Assembly (NCBI GenBank): GCA_041178225.1
Contig: JBEGVV010000024.1
Coordinates: 7,676-71,675, forward strand
DNA length: 64,000 nucleotides
Direction: 5' to 3'
Source: Pseudomonadota bacterium
GTDB lineage: Bacteria; Pseudomonadota; Alphaproteobacteria; CACIAM-22H2
The translations under genes were made by a program, and so were the position numbers. Below the pieces are notes generated by a model that saw only the letters and a list, made by a program, of their open reading frames with translations, had not been told where the DNA came from and ran no database searches. Shown here piece after piece: positions 38,097 through 48,114 of this stretch (the first letter of the stretch is position 1; each line of letters starts with the position of its first letter).

Positions 38097-38840
38097 TCAG
38101 GTGACCCACTGGTACCCGTCGATCTTGAAGTCCTGGCCCGACATGAAGTTCGGCTCGACCGTCGCGAGGAAGGCGACGAGCTGCGCGACGTCGGCCGGCG
38201 TGCCGAGGCGCCCGAGCGCGATGCCCTTGACCATCTCGGCGCCGCGCGAGCGCGTCAGGCTGTTGCCCAGCTCGGTCTGGATGACGCCCGGGCAGATGCA
38301 GTTGATCGCGATCTCCGGGCCCAGTTCCTTGGCGAGCGCGCGCGTCATGCCGATGATGCCGGCCTTCGCCGCCGCGTAGGCGAACTTCGACACCGCGCTC
38401 GTCACGCCGCCATTATGGGCGTTGAGCGACGACATGCTGACGATGCGGCCGGCGCCGCGGCGCTTCATTCCCGGCGCCGCGGCATGGATGAAGTTGAAGC
38501 AGCTCTTGAGGTTGATCGCGATCGTGCGATCGAACTCCTCCTCGGTGATCTCGAGCATGGGCTTGGGCATCGACTTGCCGGCGTTGTTGAGCAGGAAGTC
38601 GATGCCGCCCCACTCGCCCTCCACCTGCGCGACGATCGCCGCGGCGCGGGCGAAGTCGGCGACGTCGGCCACGTGGATCGACGCCCGGCGCCCCATCGCG
38701 CGGATCTCGCCGGCCGTGCGCTCCATCTCGGGCTCGAGCAGGTCGACGAGCGCGATGTCGAAGCCCTTCTCCGCCAGCGCGTGGGCGCATCCGCGCCCGA
38801 TGCCACGCGCGCCCCCCGTCACGATCGCGATCCTCGCCAT
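38097..38840 (-). CDS. SDR family oxidoreductase (3-oxoacyl-ACP reductase-like)
   Basis: MARIAIVTGGARGIGRG (TGxxxGxG), NNAG, and the catalytic S...YxxxK (SSLNAHNGG...YAAAKAG). The upstream extension of the track ORF is rejected. Confidence 0.8.
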   Translation of the reverse strand: MARIAIVTGGARGIGRGCAHALAEKGFDIALVDLLEPEMERTAGEIRAMGRRASIHVADVADFARAAAIVAQVEGEWGGIDFLLNNAGKSMPKPMLEITEEEFDRTIAINLKSCFNFIHAAAPGMKRRGAGRIVSMSSLNAHNGGVTSAVSKFAYAAAKAGIIGMTRALAKELGPEIAINCICPGVIQTELGNSLTRSRGAEMVKGIALGRLGTPADVAQLVAFLATVEPNFMSGQDFKIDGYQWVT

Positions 38841-38898
38841 GTCCCGCCCCTTCCCGGCCTGTTCCCCTGCCGACAACCTAGCGTCGCCGGCGCGCCTC

Positions 38899-38968
38899 GC
38901 GCGAGTCGAGATTGACTCGCGCCGCGCCGCATACCTAACGTGTTTCCATGCGCGAACGTGGTTCACGT
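38899..38968. promoter_or_regulatory. Divergent SDR/IclR promoter region with two palindromic operator candidates
   Basis: GCGCGAGTC-gagatt-GACTCGCGC (38899-38922) is a perfect 9-bp inverted repeat. ACGTG-gtt-CACGT (38956-38968) ends 3 nt before the IclR ATG. Confidence 0.4.
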
Positions 38969-38970
38969 AC

Positions 38971-39750
38971 ATGAACGAAGGCGAGGTCAAGTCGGCGGCC
39001 CGGGTGCTCGAGATCCTCGAGTTCCTGACGCGCGGCGACGCGCCGGCGACCCTTGCCGACGTCGTCGCCGAGCTCGGCCTGCCGAAGTCCAGCGCGCACG
39101 CGCTGATGCGCACGCTGATGCTGCGCGGCTATGTCGAGCGCGACGAGGCGGAGCGCTACGCGCTGGCGCCAGCCTTCCGCGCCGGCGGCTGGATCGGCGG
39201 GCGCGACGGCCACCTCGCGGCGGTCGCGCGTCCCGTGATGGAGCAGCTGCGCCGCGACCTGCGCGAGACGGTCATCCTCGGCGCGCGCGGCGCCGGCGGC
39301 GACGTGCGCATCGTCTCGAAGCTCGTGAGCCCGGAGCAGGTCCGCTACGACACCGACACGCATGGCCTGCGCCCCGCCTATTGCACCGCGATGGGCCGCG
39401 TGCTCCTCGCCTGGTGGGACCAGCGCGCGCTCGACGGCTACCTCTCTCGGCTCCGGCCACGCGCCATCACGCCGCGCACCGTGACGGACGTCGCGCGCAT
39501 CCGCGCCCTGGTGGAGCGCGTGCGCGCCGAGGGCATCGCGGTGGTGGAGGAGGAATTCGCCATCGGGGGCTCCGGCGCGGCGGCGCCGGTCTTCGACGGC
39601 TCGGGGCGCCTGGTCGCGGCCCTCAACGTGGCGGCGGCGACGCGCCGCTTCCCGGGCGCGCGTCGGCGTATCGTCGACGCGCTCGCGCGTGGCGCGCGGC
39701 GCATCAGCCAGCGCCTCGGGCACCGCGACGGCATCGGCGACGCGGCATAG
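38971..39750 (+). CDS. IclR family transcriptional regulator
   Basis: N-terminal wHTH (VLEILEFLTRGDAPATLADVVAELGLPKSSAHALMRTLMLRGYVERD) plus a C-terminal IclR effector domain. Upstream of hyuA/hyuB. Confidence 0.8.
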   Translation: MNEGEVKSAARVLEILEFLTRGDAPATLADVVAELGLPKSSAHALMRTLMLRGYVERDEAERYALAPAFRAGGWIGGRDGHLAAVARPVMEQLRRDLRETVILGARGAGGDVRIVSKLVSPEQVRYDTDTHGLRPAYCTAMGRVLLAWWDQRALDGYLSRLRPRAITPRTVTDVARIRALVERVRAEGIAVVEEEFAIGGSGAAAPVFDGSGRLVAALNVAAATRRFPGARRRIVDALARGARRISQRLGHRDGIGDAA

Positions 39751-39775
39751 GCGGCAGGCAGGGGGACGACGGGGA

Positions 39776-41818
39776 ATGGCCTACAGGGTTGGCGTCGACA
39801 TAGGTGGGACCTTCGCGGATTTCTGCGCGCTCGACGAGGCGACGGGCGCGGTGCGCACGCTCAAGGTGCTGTCCACCCCGGCCGAGCCCGGCCGCGAGGT
39901 GATGCAGGGCATCTCCGAGCTGCAGCGGCGCTTCGGCATCGCGCCCTCCGACATCGCCTACTTCACCCACGGCACGACGGTCGGCATCAACTCGGTGATC
40001 CAGCGCAAGGGCGTTCGCCTGTGCCTGTTCACGACCGAGAACTTCATCGACGTGCTCGAGCTCGCCCGGCTGAAGATGCCGGACCCGTACCACCTGCTGT
40101 CGCGGCGTCCGGAGCCTCTCGTCACGCGCGACCGGGCGTTCGGCATCCGCGAGAGGATGCTCGCCGACGGCAGCGTCGACCTGCCACTCGACCACGCCTC
40201 GCTGCGCGACGCGCTGGATCGCGCGCTGGAGCGCGGCGCCGAGGGCATCGTGCTCTCCTTCCTGCATGCCTACGCCAATCCCGCCCACGAGCAGGAGGCC
40301 GCGCGCCTGATCGGCGCATGGGCTCCGGGCCTGCCGGTATTCCCCTCCTCGGCGGTGTGGCCGATCATCCGCGAATACGAGCGCACCTCGACCGCGGTCG
40401 TGCACGGCTACGTGCAGCCGCGCGTCGCCGCCTACATCGCCTCGCTCCAGGCCTCGCTGCGCAAGGCCGGCGTCGGCGCCGAGCCGATGATCACGAAGTC
40501 GAACGGCGGCGTGATGACGGCCGAGCTCGGCAAGAGCCAGTGCATCCAGATGCTGCTCTCGGGCACGGCCGCCGGCACGATGGGCGCGGCCTTCGTCGCG
40601 CGGCACGCCGACGCCCCGCGCGTGCTGGCGCTCGACGTCGGCGGCACGTCGGCTGACGTCTCGGTGATCGTCGACGGCCAGCCGAGCTACCGCTCGGGCG
40701 AGATGGTCGGCGAGTTCCCGATCTACATCCCGACGGTCTCGGTCACCTCGATCGGCGCGGGCGGCGGCTCGATCGCCGCGGTCGACGCCTTCGGCACGCT
40801 GACCGTCGGCCCGGAGAGCGCCGGCTCGACGCCGGGCCCCGCCTGCTACGGCCGCGGCGGCACGCGCCCGACGCTGACCGACGCCTTCGTGGTCTGCGGC
40901 TTCATGGGCCACAGCGAGCTCGGCTACAGCGCCGTCACCGTCGACCGCGCGAAGGCGGAGGCCGCGATGGAGCCGATCGCGAAGGCGCTTGGCCGCGACC
41001 TGCGCTCGGCCGCGGAGGCCGTGATCCAGGTCGCCGTGTCGGGGATGTATCGCGAGGTGAGCAAGCTCGCCGCGCACCAGGGCGTCGACCTGCGCGAGTT
41101 CAGCCTGCTCGCCTTCGGCGGCGGCGGCCCGATGACCGCCTGCCTGCTCGCGCGCGAGCTCGGCATGCCCTCGGTCCTCGTGCCCACCACGCCCGGCGTG
41201 CTCTCCGCGCTCGGCGGGCTGGTCGCGGACGTGAAGAACGACTTCATCCTCACGGTCTACGCGCCGCTCTCGGCCGAGACGCTGCCGCGCCTGCGCGAGG
41301 GATTCGCCGCGCTGGCGCGCGAGGCCGAGGCGTGGCTGCGCGACCGGCAGGGCCATCGCGGCGCGCCGCGCCTCGTGGCCTCCGCCGACCTGCGCTACCA
41401 CGGCCAGAGCTTCGAGATCGAGACGCCCATCGACCTCGCATGGATCGAGGCCGGGGACGTGGCGCGCATCAGGGACGCGTTCCATCGCGAGCACGAGCGC
41501 ATCTACGGCCACGCGGACCGCGAGGCGCGCGTCGATGCCGTCGCGCTGCGCATGATCGTCGTCGGCGAGAGCGCCAAGCCGTCCCTGCCGGTGCAGGAGC
41601 GGCGCGAGGGCCGCGCGGCGCCGCAGGCGGAGATCGAGGTCCTGCTGGACGGCGCGCCGCGGCGCGTGGCGCTCCACCGCCGCGCCGAACTCGTCCATGG
41701 CACGACCTTCGACGGCCCCTGCGTGATCGCGCAGGACGACACCACGACGATCGTGCCGGACGGCTATGCCGGCGCGGTCGACCGTTTCGGCAACCTCATC
41801 CTGGCGCGCGGGAGCTGA
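39776..41818 (+). CDS. hyuA: Hydantoinase/oxoprolinase family A subunit (ATP-dependent N-methylhydantoinase A / acetone-carboxylase beta-like)
   Basis: MAYRVGVDIGGTFADFCALDEATGAVRTLKVLSTP is the HyuA N-terminus, with ASKHA-fold segments throughout. About 680 aa. Confidence 0.85.
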   Translation: MAYRVGVDIGGTFADFCALDEATGAVRTLKVLSTPAEPGREVMQGISELQRRFGIAPSDIAYFTHGTTVGINSVIQRKGVRLCLFTTENFIDVLELARLKMPDPYHLLSRRPEPLVTRDRAFGIRERMLADGSVDLPLDHASLRDALDRALERGAEGIVLSFLHAYANPAHEQEAARLIGAWAPGLPVFPSSAVWPIIREYERTSTAVVHGYVQPRVAAYIASLQASLRKAGVGAEPMITKSNGGVMTAELGKSQCIQMLLSGTAAGTMGAAFVARHADAPRVLALDVGGTSADVSVIVDGQPSYRSGEMVGEFPIYIPTVSVTSIGAGGGSIAAVDAFGTLTVGPESAGSTPGPACYGRGGTRPTLTDAFVVCGFMGHSELGYSAVTVDRAKAEAAMEPIAKALGRDLRSAAEAVIQVAVSGMYREVSKLAAHQGVDLREFSLLAFGGGGPMTACLLARELGMPSVLVPTTPGVLSALGGLVADVKNDFILTVYAPLSAETLPRLREGFAALAREAEAWLRDRQGHRGAPRLVASADLRYHGQSFEIETPIDLAWIEAGDVARIRDAFHREHERIYGHADREARVDAVALRMIVVGESAKPSLPVQERREGRAAPQAEIEVLLDGAPRRVALHRRAELVHGTTFDGPCVIAQDDTTTIVPDGYAGAVDRFGNLILARGS

Positions 41819-41822
41819 GCCC

Positions 41823-43835
41823 ATGGCGATCGACCCGGTCACCCTCCAGGTGCTCGCCAACCACGCGCAGGCCGCGGCGGAGGCGATGGCCTTCACGCTG
41901 TTCCGCACCGCGCACTCGACCTTCGTCAAGGAGACGGAGGACTTCACCTCCGGCCTGACGACGCCCGACGGCATGACCTTCGCCTCGCCGCGCGACCTCG
42001 GCGCGACCTGGTTCATCGGGCTCGACTACGGCAACGCGATCCGGATGGTGGAGGACTACAGGCCCGGCGACGTCTGCATCACCAACGACCCCTACTCGGG
42101 ATATGTCTGCACGCACACGCCGGACCTCCACATCTGGAAGCCCATCTTCTGGGAGGACGAGGTCGTCGCCTTCGCGGTCGGGCACATCCACAACACGGAT
42201 GTCGGCGGCGCGGTGCCTGCGTCGCTGTCGCGCCAGCTCACCGAGGTCCACCAGGAGGGGATCCGCATCCCGCCCAGCAAGATCTACGAGGCGGGCAAGC
42301 TCAACAAGACGCTGCTCGACGTCATGCTGACCAACGTGCGCATGCCCGAGCAGAACTGGGGCGACTTCAAGGCCCAGCTCGCCTCGGTCGCCACCGGCGA
42401 GCGCAAGGTCCACGACATGATCCGGCGCTTCGGCGTCGACACGTTCAGGCAGGGCATCAAGGACCTGCTCGACCTCGGCGAGCGCCGCGCGCGCGCCGTG
42501 CTCGGGAAGATCCCCGACGGCGACTACCACTTCGTCGACTACCTCGACGAGGACGGCCCGGGCGGCGTGCCCGTGCGCCTCGAGCTCACGCTCCGGATCC
42601 GCGGCGAGGAATGCGTCCTCGACTTCACCGGCTCCGACCCGCAGCTGCACTCCTCGCTCAACGTGCCGACCGGCGGCGCGGAGCGCCACATCCTGCTGAT
42701 GGTCGGATACACCTACTCGCTCTACACGATCGACGAGACGCTGCCGCTCAACGGCGGAATCACGCGCCCCGCGCGCTGCATCATCCCCGAGGGCTCGGTG
42801 CTCAACCCGAAGTTCCCGGCGGCGGTCGGCATGCGCAGCCTCACCTGCGGGCGGCTGCAGAGCCTGATCATCGGCGCGTTCCAGGCCGCGATGCCGCAGG
42901 CCATGCCCGCCGGCCCGGGCTCGAGCGCCGGCATCATGAACGTCAAGACGATCGACGCGAAGACCGGCCGGCGCATCATGGCCTCGATCAACCCCATGAC
43001 CGGCGGCGCGGGCGGCTCGTCCCTCGGCGACGGCGCCGACGGCTCGGGCGCCAATTCCTCGTTCCTCAAGAACACGCCGGTGGAGATCAACGAGGCCGAG
43101 GTGCCGATCAGGTTCCGGCGCTACGGCCTCGTGCGCGACAGCGGCGGCGCGGGCAAGGCGCGCGGCGGGCTCGCGACCGAGCTCGAGTTCCAGCTCTTCT
43201 CGCCCAACTCCGTCGTCACCGCGCGCAACCGCGACCGCACGCGCTTCAGCACCTGGGGCGCGATGCGCGGCGGGCCGGGCGCCACCTCGAGCTTCTGGCG
43301 CAATCCCGGCTCGAACCATGCCGAGGACCTCGGCAACACGGACGTGGTCAACCTCGATCCCGGCGACGTGATCCGCATCAAGGCGGCCGGCGGCGCCGGG
43401 TGGGGCGCGCCCTGGGAGCGCGACCCGGCGCTGGTCCTGCGCGACGTCGCGGAGGACAAGGTCTCGGTGGAGGGCGCGGCGCGCGACTACGGCGTCGTGC
43501 TGCGCGACGGCGCGGTCGACGAGGAGGCGACGAAGGCCGCGCGCGCGCGGCTCGCAGCCGAGGACGCCGCCCGGCCGCCCGCGCATTTCCGCTTCAACGC
43601 GGCGCGCGACGCCTACGAGCGGGAATGGGACGCGGCGAGCTACGCCGCGCTCGGCGCCGCGCTCGGCCTGCTGCCGGTCCACTGGCGGCATTTCGTGAAG
43701 CGACGGATCTTCGACCGCGTCGCGGCCATGCCCGCCTCGGCGCGCCGCGCCGATGGCGGCCACGTCGCCGCGATCTTCTCCGAGGTCGTCGCCAGCTTCC
43801 CCGAGCTGCGCCACATCCGGCCAGCGGCAGAGTAG
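41823..43835 (+). CDS. hyuB: Hydantoinase B/oxoprolinase family subunit
   Basis: MAIDPVTLQVLANHAQAAAEAMAFTLFRTAHSTFVKETEDFTSGLTTPDG is the canonical HyuB N-terminus. About 670 aa. Starts 5 nt after the hyuA stop. Confidence 0.85.
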   Translation: MAIDPVTLQVLANHAQAAAEAMAFTLFRTAHSTFVKETEDFTSGLTTPDGMTFASPRDLGATWFIGLDYGNAIRMVEDYRPGDVCITNDPYSGYVCTHTPDLHIWKPIFWEDEVVAFAVGHIHNTDVGGAVPASLSRQLTEVHQEGIRIPPSKIYEAGKLNKTLLDVMLTNVRMPEQNWGDFKAQLASVATGERKVHDMIRRFGVDTFRQGIKDLLDLGERRARAVLGKIPDGDYHFVDYLDEDGPGGVPVRLELTLRIRGEECVLDFTGSDPQLHSSLNVPTGGAERHILLMVGYTYSLYTIDETLPLNGGITRPARCIIPEGSVLNPKFPAAVGMRSLTCGRLQSLIIGAFQAAMPQAMPAGPGSSAGIMNVKTIDAKTGRRIMASINPMTGGAGGSSLGDGADGSGANSSFLKNTPVEINEAEVPIRFRRYGLVRDSGGAGKARGGLATELEFQLFSPNSVVTARNRDRTRFSTWGAMRGGPGATSSFWRNPGSNHAEDLGNTDVVNLDPGDVIRIKAAGGAGWGAPWERDPALVLRDVAEDKVSVEGAARDYGVVLRDGAVDEEATKAARARLAAEDAARPPAHFRFNAARDAYEREWDAASYAALGAALGLLPVHWRHFVKRRIFDRVAAMPASARRADGGHVAAIFSEVVASFPELRHIRPAAE

Positions 43836-43845
43836 GACGGACGAC

Positions 43846-44598
43846 ATGCAGATCGAGTTCACCGGCAGGACGGTCGTCGTCACGGGCGCCGCGCGCGGCA
43901 TCGGCGCCGCGATCGCGCGGGGCTTCGCCGAGCGCGGGGCGAGGGTCTTCGCCTGCGACATGGCCGCCGACGCGCTGGCCGCGCTTGGCGGCGGCATCGA
44001 GGGCCGCGTCGTCGACGTCGCGGACGAGGCAGCGATGTCGGCCTTCGTGCGCGAGGCCGAGGCCGCGACGGGGCATGTCGACGTGCTCGTCCATGTCGCC
44101 GGCGGCGTGCGCGGCAAGCGCCAGATGCCGATCGAGCAGGTCTCATCGCGCGACTGGCTCGACATCTACGACGCCAACGTCATGGGCGCCTTCAACGCCG
44201 CGCGCGCCGTCGTGCCGGGCATGAAGCGCGCGGGCGGCGGCCGCATCGTCGTCATCGCCAGCCGCGCGGGCATGGGCGTGAGCCTCACGGGGATCCAGAG
44301 CTACGCCTCGGCCAAGGCCGCGCAGCTCGGCCTCGTGCGCCAGCTCGCCCACGAGCTCGGCCCGTCGAACATCACGGTCAACGCGGTCGCGCCGGGCTTC
44401 ATGCCGACCTCGCCGGACTACGAGCGCCAGTGGCAGGGCTATGGAGAGGCCGGCCAGAAGGCGCTCGTCGAGCGCACGCCGATGCGCCGCCTTGGCAGGC
44501 CGGAGGAAATCGCCTACGCGGTGATGTTCCTCGCCTCGCCCTACGCGGGCTTCGTCAACGGGCAGGTCCTGCCGGTCACCGGCGGGCCCCAGGGCTGA
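43846..44598 (+). CDS. SDR family oxidoreductase
   Basis: MQIEFTGRTVVVTGAARGIGAAIA (TGxxxGxG), HVAGG, S...YASAKAA catalytic motif, and PG..T. 250 aa. Confidence 0.8.
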   Translation: MQIEFTGRTVVVTGAARGIGAAIARGFAERGARVFACDMAADALAALGGGIEGRVVDVADEAAMSAFVREAEAATGHVDVLVHVAGGVRGKRQMPIEQVSSRDWLDIYDANVMGAFNAARAVVPGMKRAGGGRIVVIASRAGMGVSLTGIQSYASAKAAQLGLVRQLAHELGPSNITVNAVAPGFMPTSPDYERQWQGYGEAGQKALVERTPMRRLGRPEEIAYAVMFLASPYAGFVNGQVLPVTGGPQG

Positions 44599-44632
44599 AC
44601 AGGTTCACCACGGAAACAGGAGGAGGCTTGCG

Positions 44633-46186
44633 ATGAGAAAGACAACGCTTCGCGCGATCGCCATGGCGGCGGCGGTCGCCCTCGCACCGGCGCTCGCGTC
44701 GGGCCAGGGACGCTACGTCCACGCCAACAACTCGCCCTTCGACAACCTCGACCCGCACGCGGTGTTCGACGTCGGCCGTGCCGCGTCGCGCATCAACATG
44801 TACGACGGGCTCTACCGCTGGGTGGACAACCCGCCGAAGATGATCCCGTGGCTGGCGGAGAGCCACACGGTCTCGCCGGATGGGCTCACCTATACCTTCA
44901 AGCTGCGCAAGGGCGTGAAGTTCCACGACGGCTCCGAGATGACCTCGGCCGACGTGGTCTACACGATGGAGCGCATGCTCGCGATGAAGAAGGGGCCCGC
45001 CGGCCTCTTCCTCGGCTCGATCCTGCCGGGCACGACCCAGGCGCCGGACCCGCACACCGTCGTCTTCAAGCTCAAGGAGCCGTCGGCGATCTTCCTGTCG
45101 ACGGTTCCGGAGATCCAGGTCGTCAACGCGAAGCTCGTCCAGCGCAACGTCAAGGACGGCGACCACGGCGAGGGCTGGCTCAGCCGCAATGGCGCGGGCA
45201 CGGGCTCGTTCATGCTGCGCCGCCATGATCCCGCGGTCGGCTTCATCGCGACGCGCTTCAAGGACCATTTCCACGGCTGGGAAGCGGGCAAGAAGTGGTT
45301 CGACGAGATCGAGTTCCGCTCGGTGCTCGACGTCAACACGCGCGTCCTCGGCCTGATCAAGGGCGACTTCCACGGTACCGACGGCTACCTGCCCTACGAC
45401 CAGATCGAGCGCCTGCGCAAGGAGTCGAACATCCAGATCCTCGAAGACGAGTCGATGCGCGTCTTCTACTTCGCCTTCAACATGTCCCGGCCGCCGTTCG
45501 ACAACGTCCATTTCCGGCGCGCGCTCAACTACGCCTTCGACTACAACGGCTTCATCAACGACATCCTGAAGGGCTCGGTCGCCCGCAACCCCAGCCCCAA
45601 CCCGAACAACCTCTGGGGCACGCCGAAGGACATCAAGGGCTACGAGTTCGACCTCGACAAGGCCAGGGCCGAGCTCGCCAAGGCCAACGTGCAGTTGCGC
45701 CCGATCACGATCAACCCGCTGGCGGGCTTCCCCGAGACGGAGCAGGCCGCGGTGCTCTTCGGCAACGCGCTGCGCAGGATCGGCATCGAGGCGCGCATCG
45801 AGGCCGCGCCGTGGAACATCGTGTCGGACCGCTTCCGCAACAAGGACACGATGCACGACATGGTCCCGCTCTGGAAGAGCACCTACTACGCGGATCCGAA
45901 CAACTGGGTCGGCGAGCTCTTCACCACGCGCCACCATGGCGGCCGCAACACGACCTGGTACAGCAACGCCGAGCTCGACCGCATCACGGACGAGGCGCTG
46001 AAGATCACCGACCAGGACGAGCGCGCGAAGCTCTACGACAAGGCGATCCGCCACATCGTCGACGAGGCCGTCGGCATCTTCGTCTACAACACGAAGTGGT
46101 TCGGCCCCTACTCGAACAGGATCGGCGGCATCCGCTTCTCCCCCATCGGCAATGGGCAGGAGATGCGCTGGGCCTACTTCAAGTAA
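44633..46186 (+). CDS. ABC transporter substrate-binding protein, family 5 (DppA-like)
   Basis: Signal peptide MRKTTLRAIAMAAAVALAPALASG. About 517 aa. Canonical AGGAGG SD 8 nt upstream. Confidence 0.85.
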   Translation: MRKTTLRAIAMAAAVALAPALASGQGRYVHANNSPFDNLDPHAVFDVGRAASRINMYDGLYRWVDNPPKMIPWLAESHTVSPDGLTYTFKLRKGVKFHDGSEMTSADVVYTMERMLAMKKGPAGLFLGSILPGTTQAPDPHTVVFKLKEPSAIFLSTVPEIQVVNAKLVQRNVKDGDHGEGWLSRNGAGTGSFMLRRHDPAVGFIATRFKDHFHGWEAGKKWFDEIEFRSVLDVNTRVLGLIKGDFHGTDGYLPYDQIERLRKESNIQILEDESMRVFYFAFNMSRPPFDNVHFRRALNYAFDYNGFINDILKGSVARNPSPNPNNLWGTPKDIKGYEFDLDKARAELAKANVQLRPITINPLAGFPETEQAAVLFGNALRRIGIEARIEAAPWNIVSDRFRNKDTMHDMVPLWKSTYYADPNNWVGELFTTRHHGGRNTTWYSNAELDRITDEALKITDQDERAKLYDKAIRHIVDEAVGIFVYNTKWFGPYSNRIGGIRFSPIGNGQEMRWAYFK

Positions 46187-46243
46187 CGAAAGGCGATCCC
46201 CTCCCTTGCCGCGACGCGGCGAGGGAGGGGATGATCCCCTGGC

Positions 46244-47251
46244 ATGAAGCGCATCGCGATCGTCCTCTCGAGGCTGCTCTGGTTCGTCCCGACGTTGCTC
46301 GGGCTGATCGCGCTCGTCTTCTCGATCTCGCACATCATCCCGGCGGACCCGGTCCGCGTCATCGCGGGCGACCAGGCGACGGCCGAGCAGATCGACGCCC
46401 TGCGCACGAAGCTCGGCCTCGACCGGCCGCTCTGGGAGCAGTTCCTGTCCTATCTCGCCCGCGTCGCCCAGGGCGACCTCGGCATGAGCCTCTTCAGCCA
46501 GCGCCCGATCGTCGAGGACCTCATGGCGCGCCTGCCCGCGACGCTCGAGCTGGGCATCAGCGCGGTGCTGCTGGCGGTCAGCGTCGGCGTGCCACTCGGC
46601 GTCGTGAGCGCCGTGTACCGGAACTCCCCGCTCGACCACGTCGTGCGCGTCGTCTCCGTCTCGGGCCTCGCCATCGCCAGCTTCTGGCTCGCCATGGAAC
46701 TCCAGCTCCTCTTCTCGATGAAGCTGGCCTGGACGCCCCTCTCCGGCAGGATCGCCGGCTTCCCCCCGGAGCCACGCTCGGGCTTCATGATCATCGACGC
46801 GCTCATGGACGGTGACCGCGAGGCGCTCGACAGCGCGCTGCGGCACCTGGCGCTGCCAACGCTGACGCTGGCCCTGCCCGCCGCCGCGCAGCTCGTGCGC
46901 CTGACGCGCGCGGGCGTGCTCGAGGTCATCAACTCCAACCACGTGCTCTACCAGCGCGCGATGGGCTTCCCGGCGCGCGTGATCGTCTGGAAGTACGTGC
47001 TGCGCGCCGCCATGACGGCGACGGTGACGCAGATCGGCCTGATCTTCGGCGTCTACGTGCTCGCGGGCGCGATCGTGGTCGAGACGGTCTTCGACTGGCC
47101 CGGCATCGGGCTCTTCGCGGTCAACTCGATCCTGCGCTCGGACTACAACGGCATCGTCGGCTTCACGATCTGGGCCGGCCTCATCTTCATCGTGGTGAAC
47201 CTGGTCGTCGACCTGGTCCACAGCTTCATCGACCCTCGGATCGTGCGATGA
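46244..47251 (+). CDS. ABC transporter permease (DppB-like)
   Basis: MKRIAIVLSRLLWFVPTLLGLIALVFSISHIIPADPVRV... (typical DppB N-terminus). 335 aa. Confidence 0.8.
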   Translation: MKRIAIVLSRLLWFVPTLLGLIALVFSISHIIPADPVRVIAGDQATAEQIDALRTKLGLDRPLWEQFLSYLARVAQGDLGMSLFSQRPIVEDLMARLPATLELGISAVLLAVSVGVPLGVVSAVYRNSPLDHVVRVVSVSGLAIASFWLAMELQLLFSMKLAWTPLSGRIAGFPPEPRSGFMIIDALMDGDREALDSALRHLALPTLTLALPAAAQLVRLTRAGVLEVINSNHVLYQRAMGFPARVIVWKYVLRAAMTATVTQIGLIFGVYVLAGAIVVETVFDWPGIGLFAVNSILRSDYNGIVGFTIWAGLIFIVVNLVVDLVHSFIDPRIVR

Positions 47252-48114
47252 GCGCGCCCCGCTTCGCCGTCCTGCGCCGCTTCCTGCGCGACCGCGCTTC
47301 CTTCCTCGGGGCGCTGATCGTCCTCGGCCTCGTGCTCTGCGCCATCCTGGCGCCCGTGATCGCCCCGCATCCCAACGACATCCACGACTTCCACACCGCC
47401 AACCGCCTCAAGCCGCCAAGCTGGACCAACCCGTTCGGCACGGACCGCATGGGCAGCGACCTGCTCTCGCGCATGCTCTTCGGCGCGCGCACGACGCTCA
47501 CGATCTGCGTCATCGCCGTCGGCATCGCCTGCATCGTCGGCATCCCGATCGGGCTGGTCGCGGGCTACTACCGCGGCTGGGTGTCGGAGATGCTGATGCG
47601 CATCGCCGAGATCTTCCTGTCCGTTCCGCAGATCGTGCTCGCGATCGCCATCTCCCAGACGCTCGGGCCCTCGATCGAGAACGTCGTGCTGTCGCTCGCG
47701 GCGTCGTTCTGGCCCTTCTGGGCGCGCCTTGCGTATGCCGAGACGCGCTCGGTCAAGAACGAGGTCTTCGTCGAATCCGCGGTCGCGCTGGGCTGCTCGG
47801 CGCCGCGCGTGATGCTGCTGCACATCCTGCCGAACATCGCCTCGCCGCTGATCGTACGCACCTCGATCGGCATGGGCGTCACCATCCTCAACGCCGCCGT
47901 GCTCGGCTTCCTCGGCCTCGGCGCGCCGCCCACGACGCCGGAATGGGGCAGGATGATCAACGAGGCGCGCGAGTTCCTGCCCGAGGCCTGGTGGTACGTG
48001 ACCTTCCCGGGCCTCGCGATCTTCTTCGTCGTGATGGGCTTCAACCTGCTTGGCGACGGCCTGCGCGACATACTCGACCCGCGCATCCGCCGCGGGGCGG
48101 CCCGCCGTGGCTGA
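47248..48114 (+). CDS. ABC transporter permease (DppC-like)
   Basis: 288 aa and hydrophobic. Overlaps the upstream stop. Confidence 0.8.
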   Translation: MSAPRFAVLRRFLRDRASFLGALIVLGLVLCAILAPVIAPHPNDIHDFHTANRLKPPSWTNPFGTDRMGSDLLSRMLFGARTTLTICVIAVGIACIVGIPIGLVAGYYRGWVSEMLMRIAEIFLSVPQIVLAIAISQTLGPSIENVVLSLAASFWPFWARLAYAETRSVKNEVFVESAVALGCSAPRVMLLHILPNIASPLIVRTSIGMGVTILNAAVLGFLGLGAPPTTPEWGRMINEAREFLPEAWWYVTFPGLAIFFVVMGFNLLGDGLRDILDPRIRRGAARRG

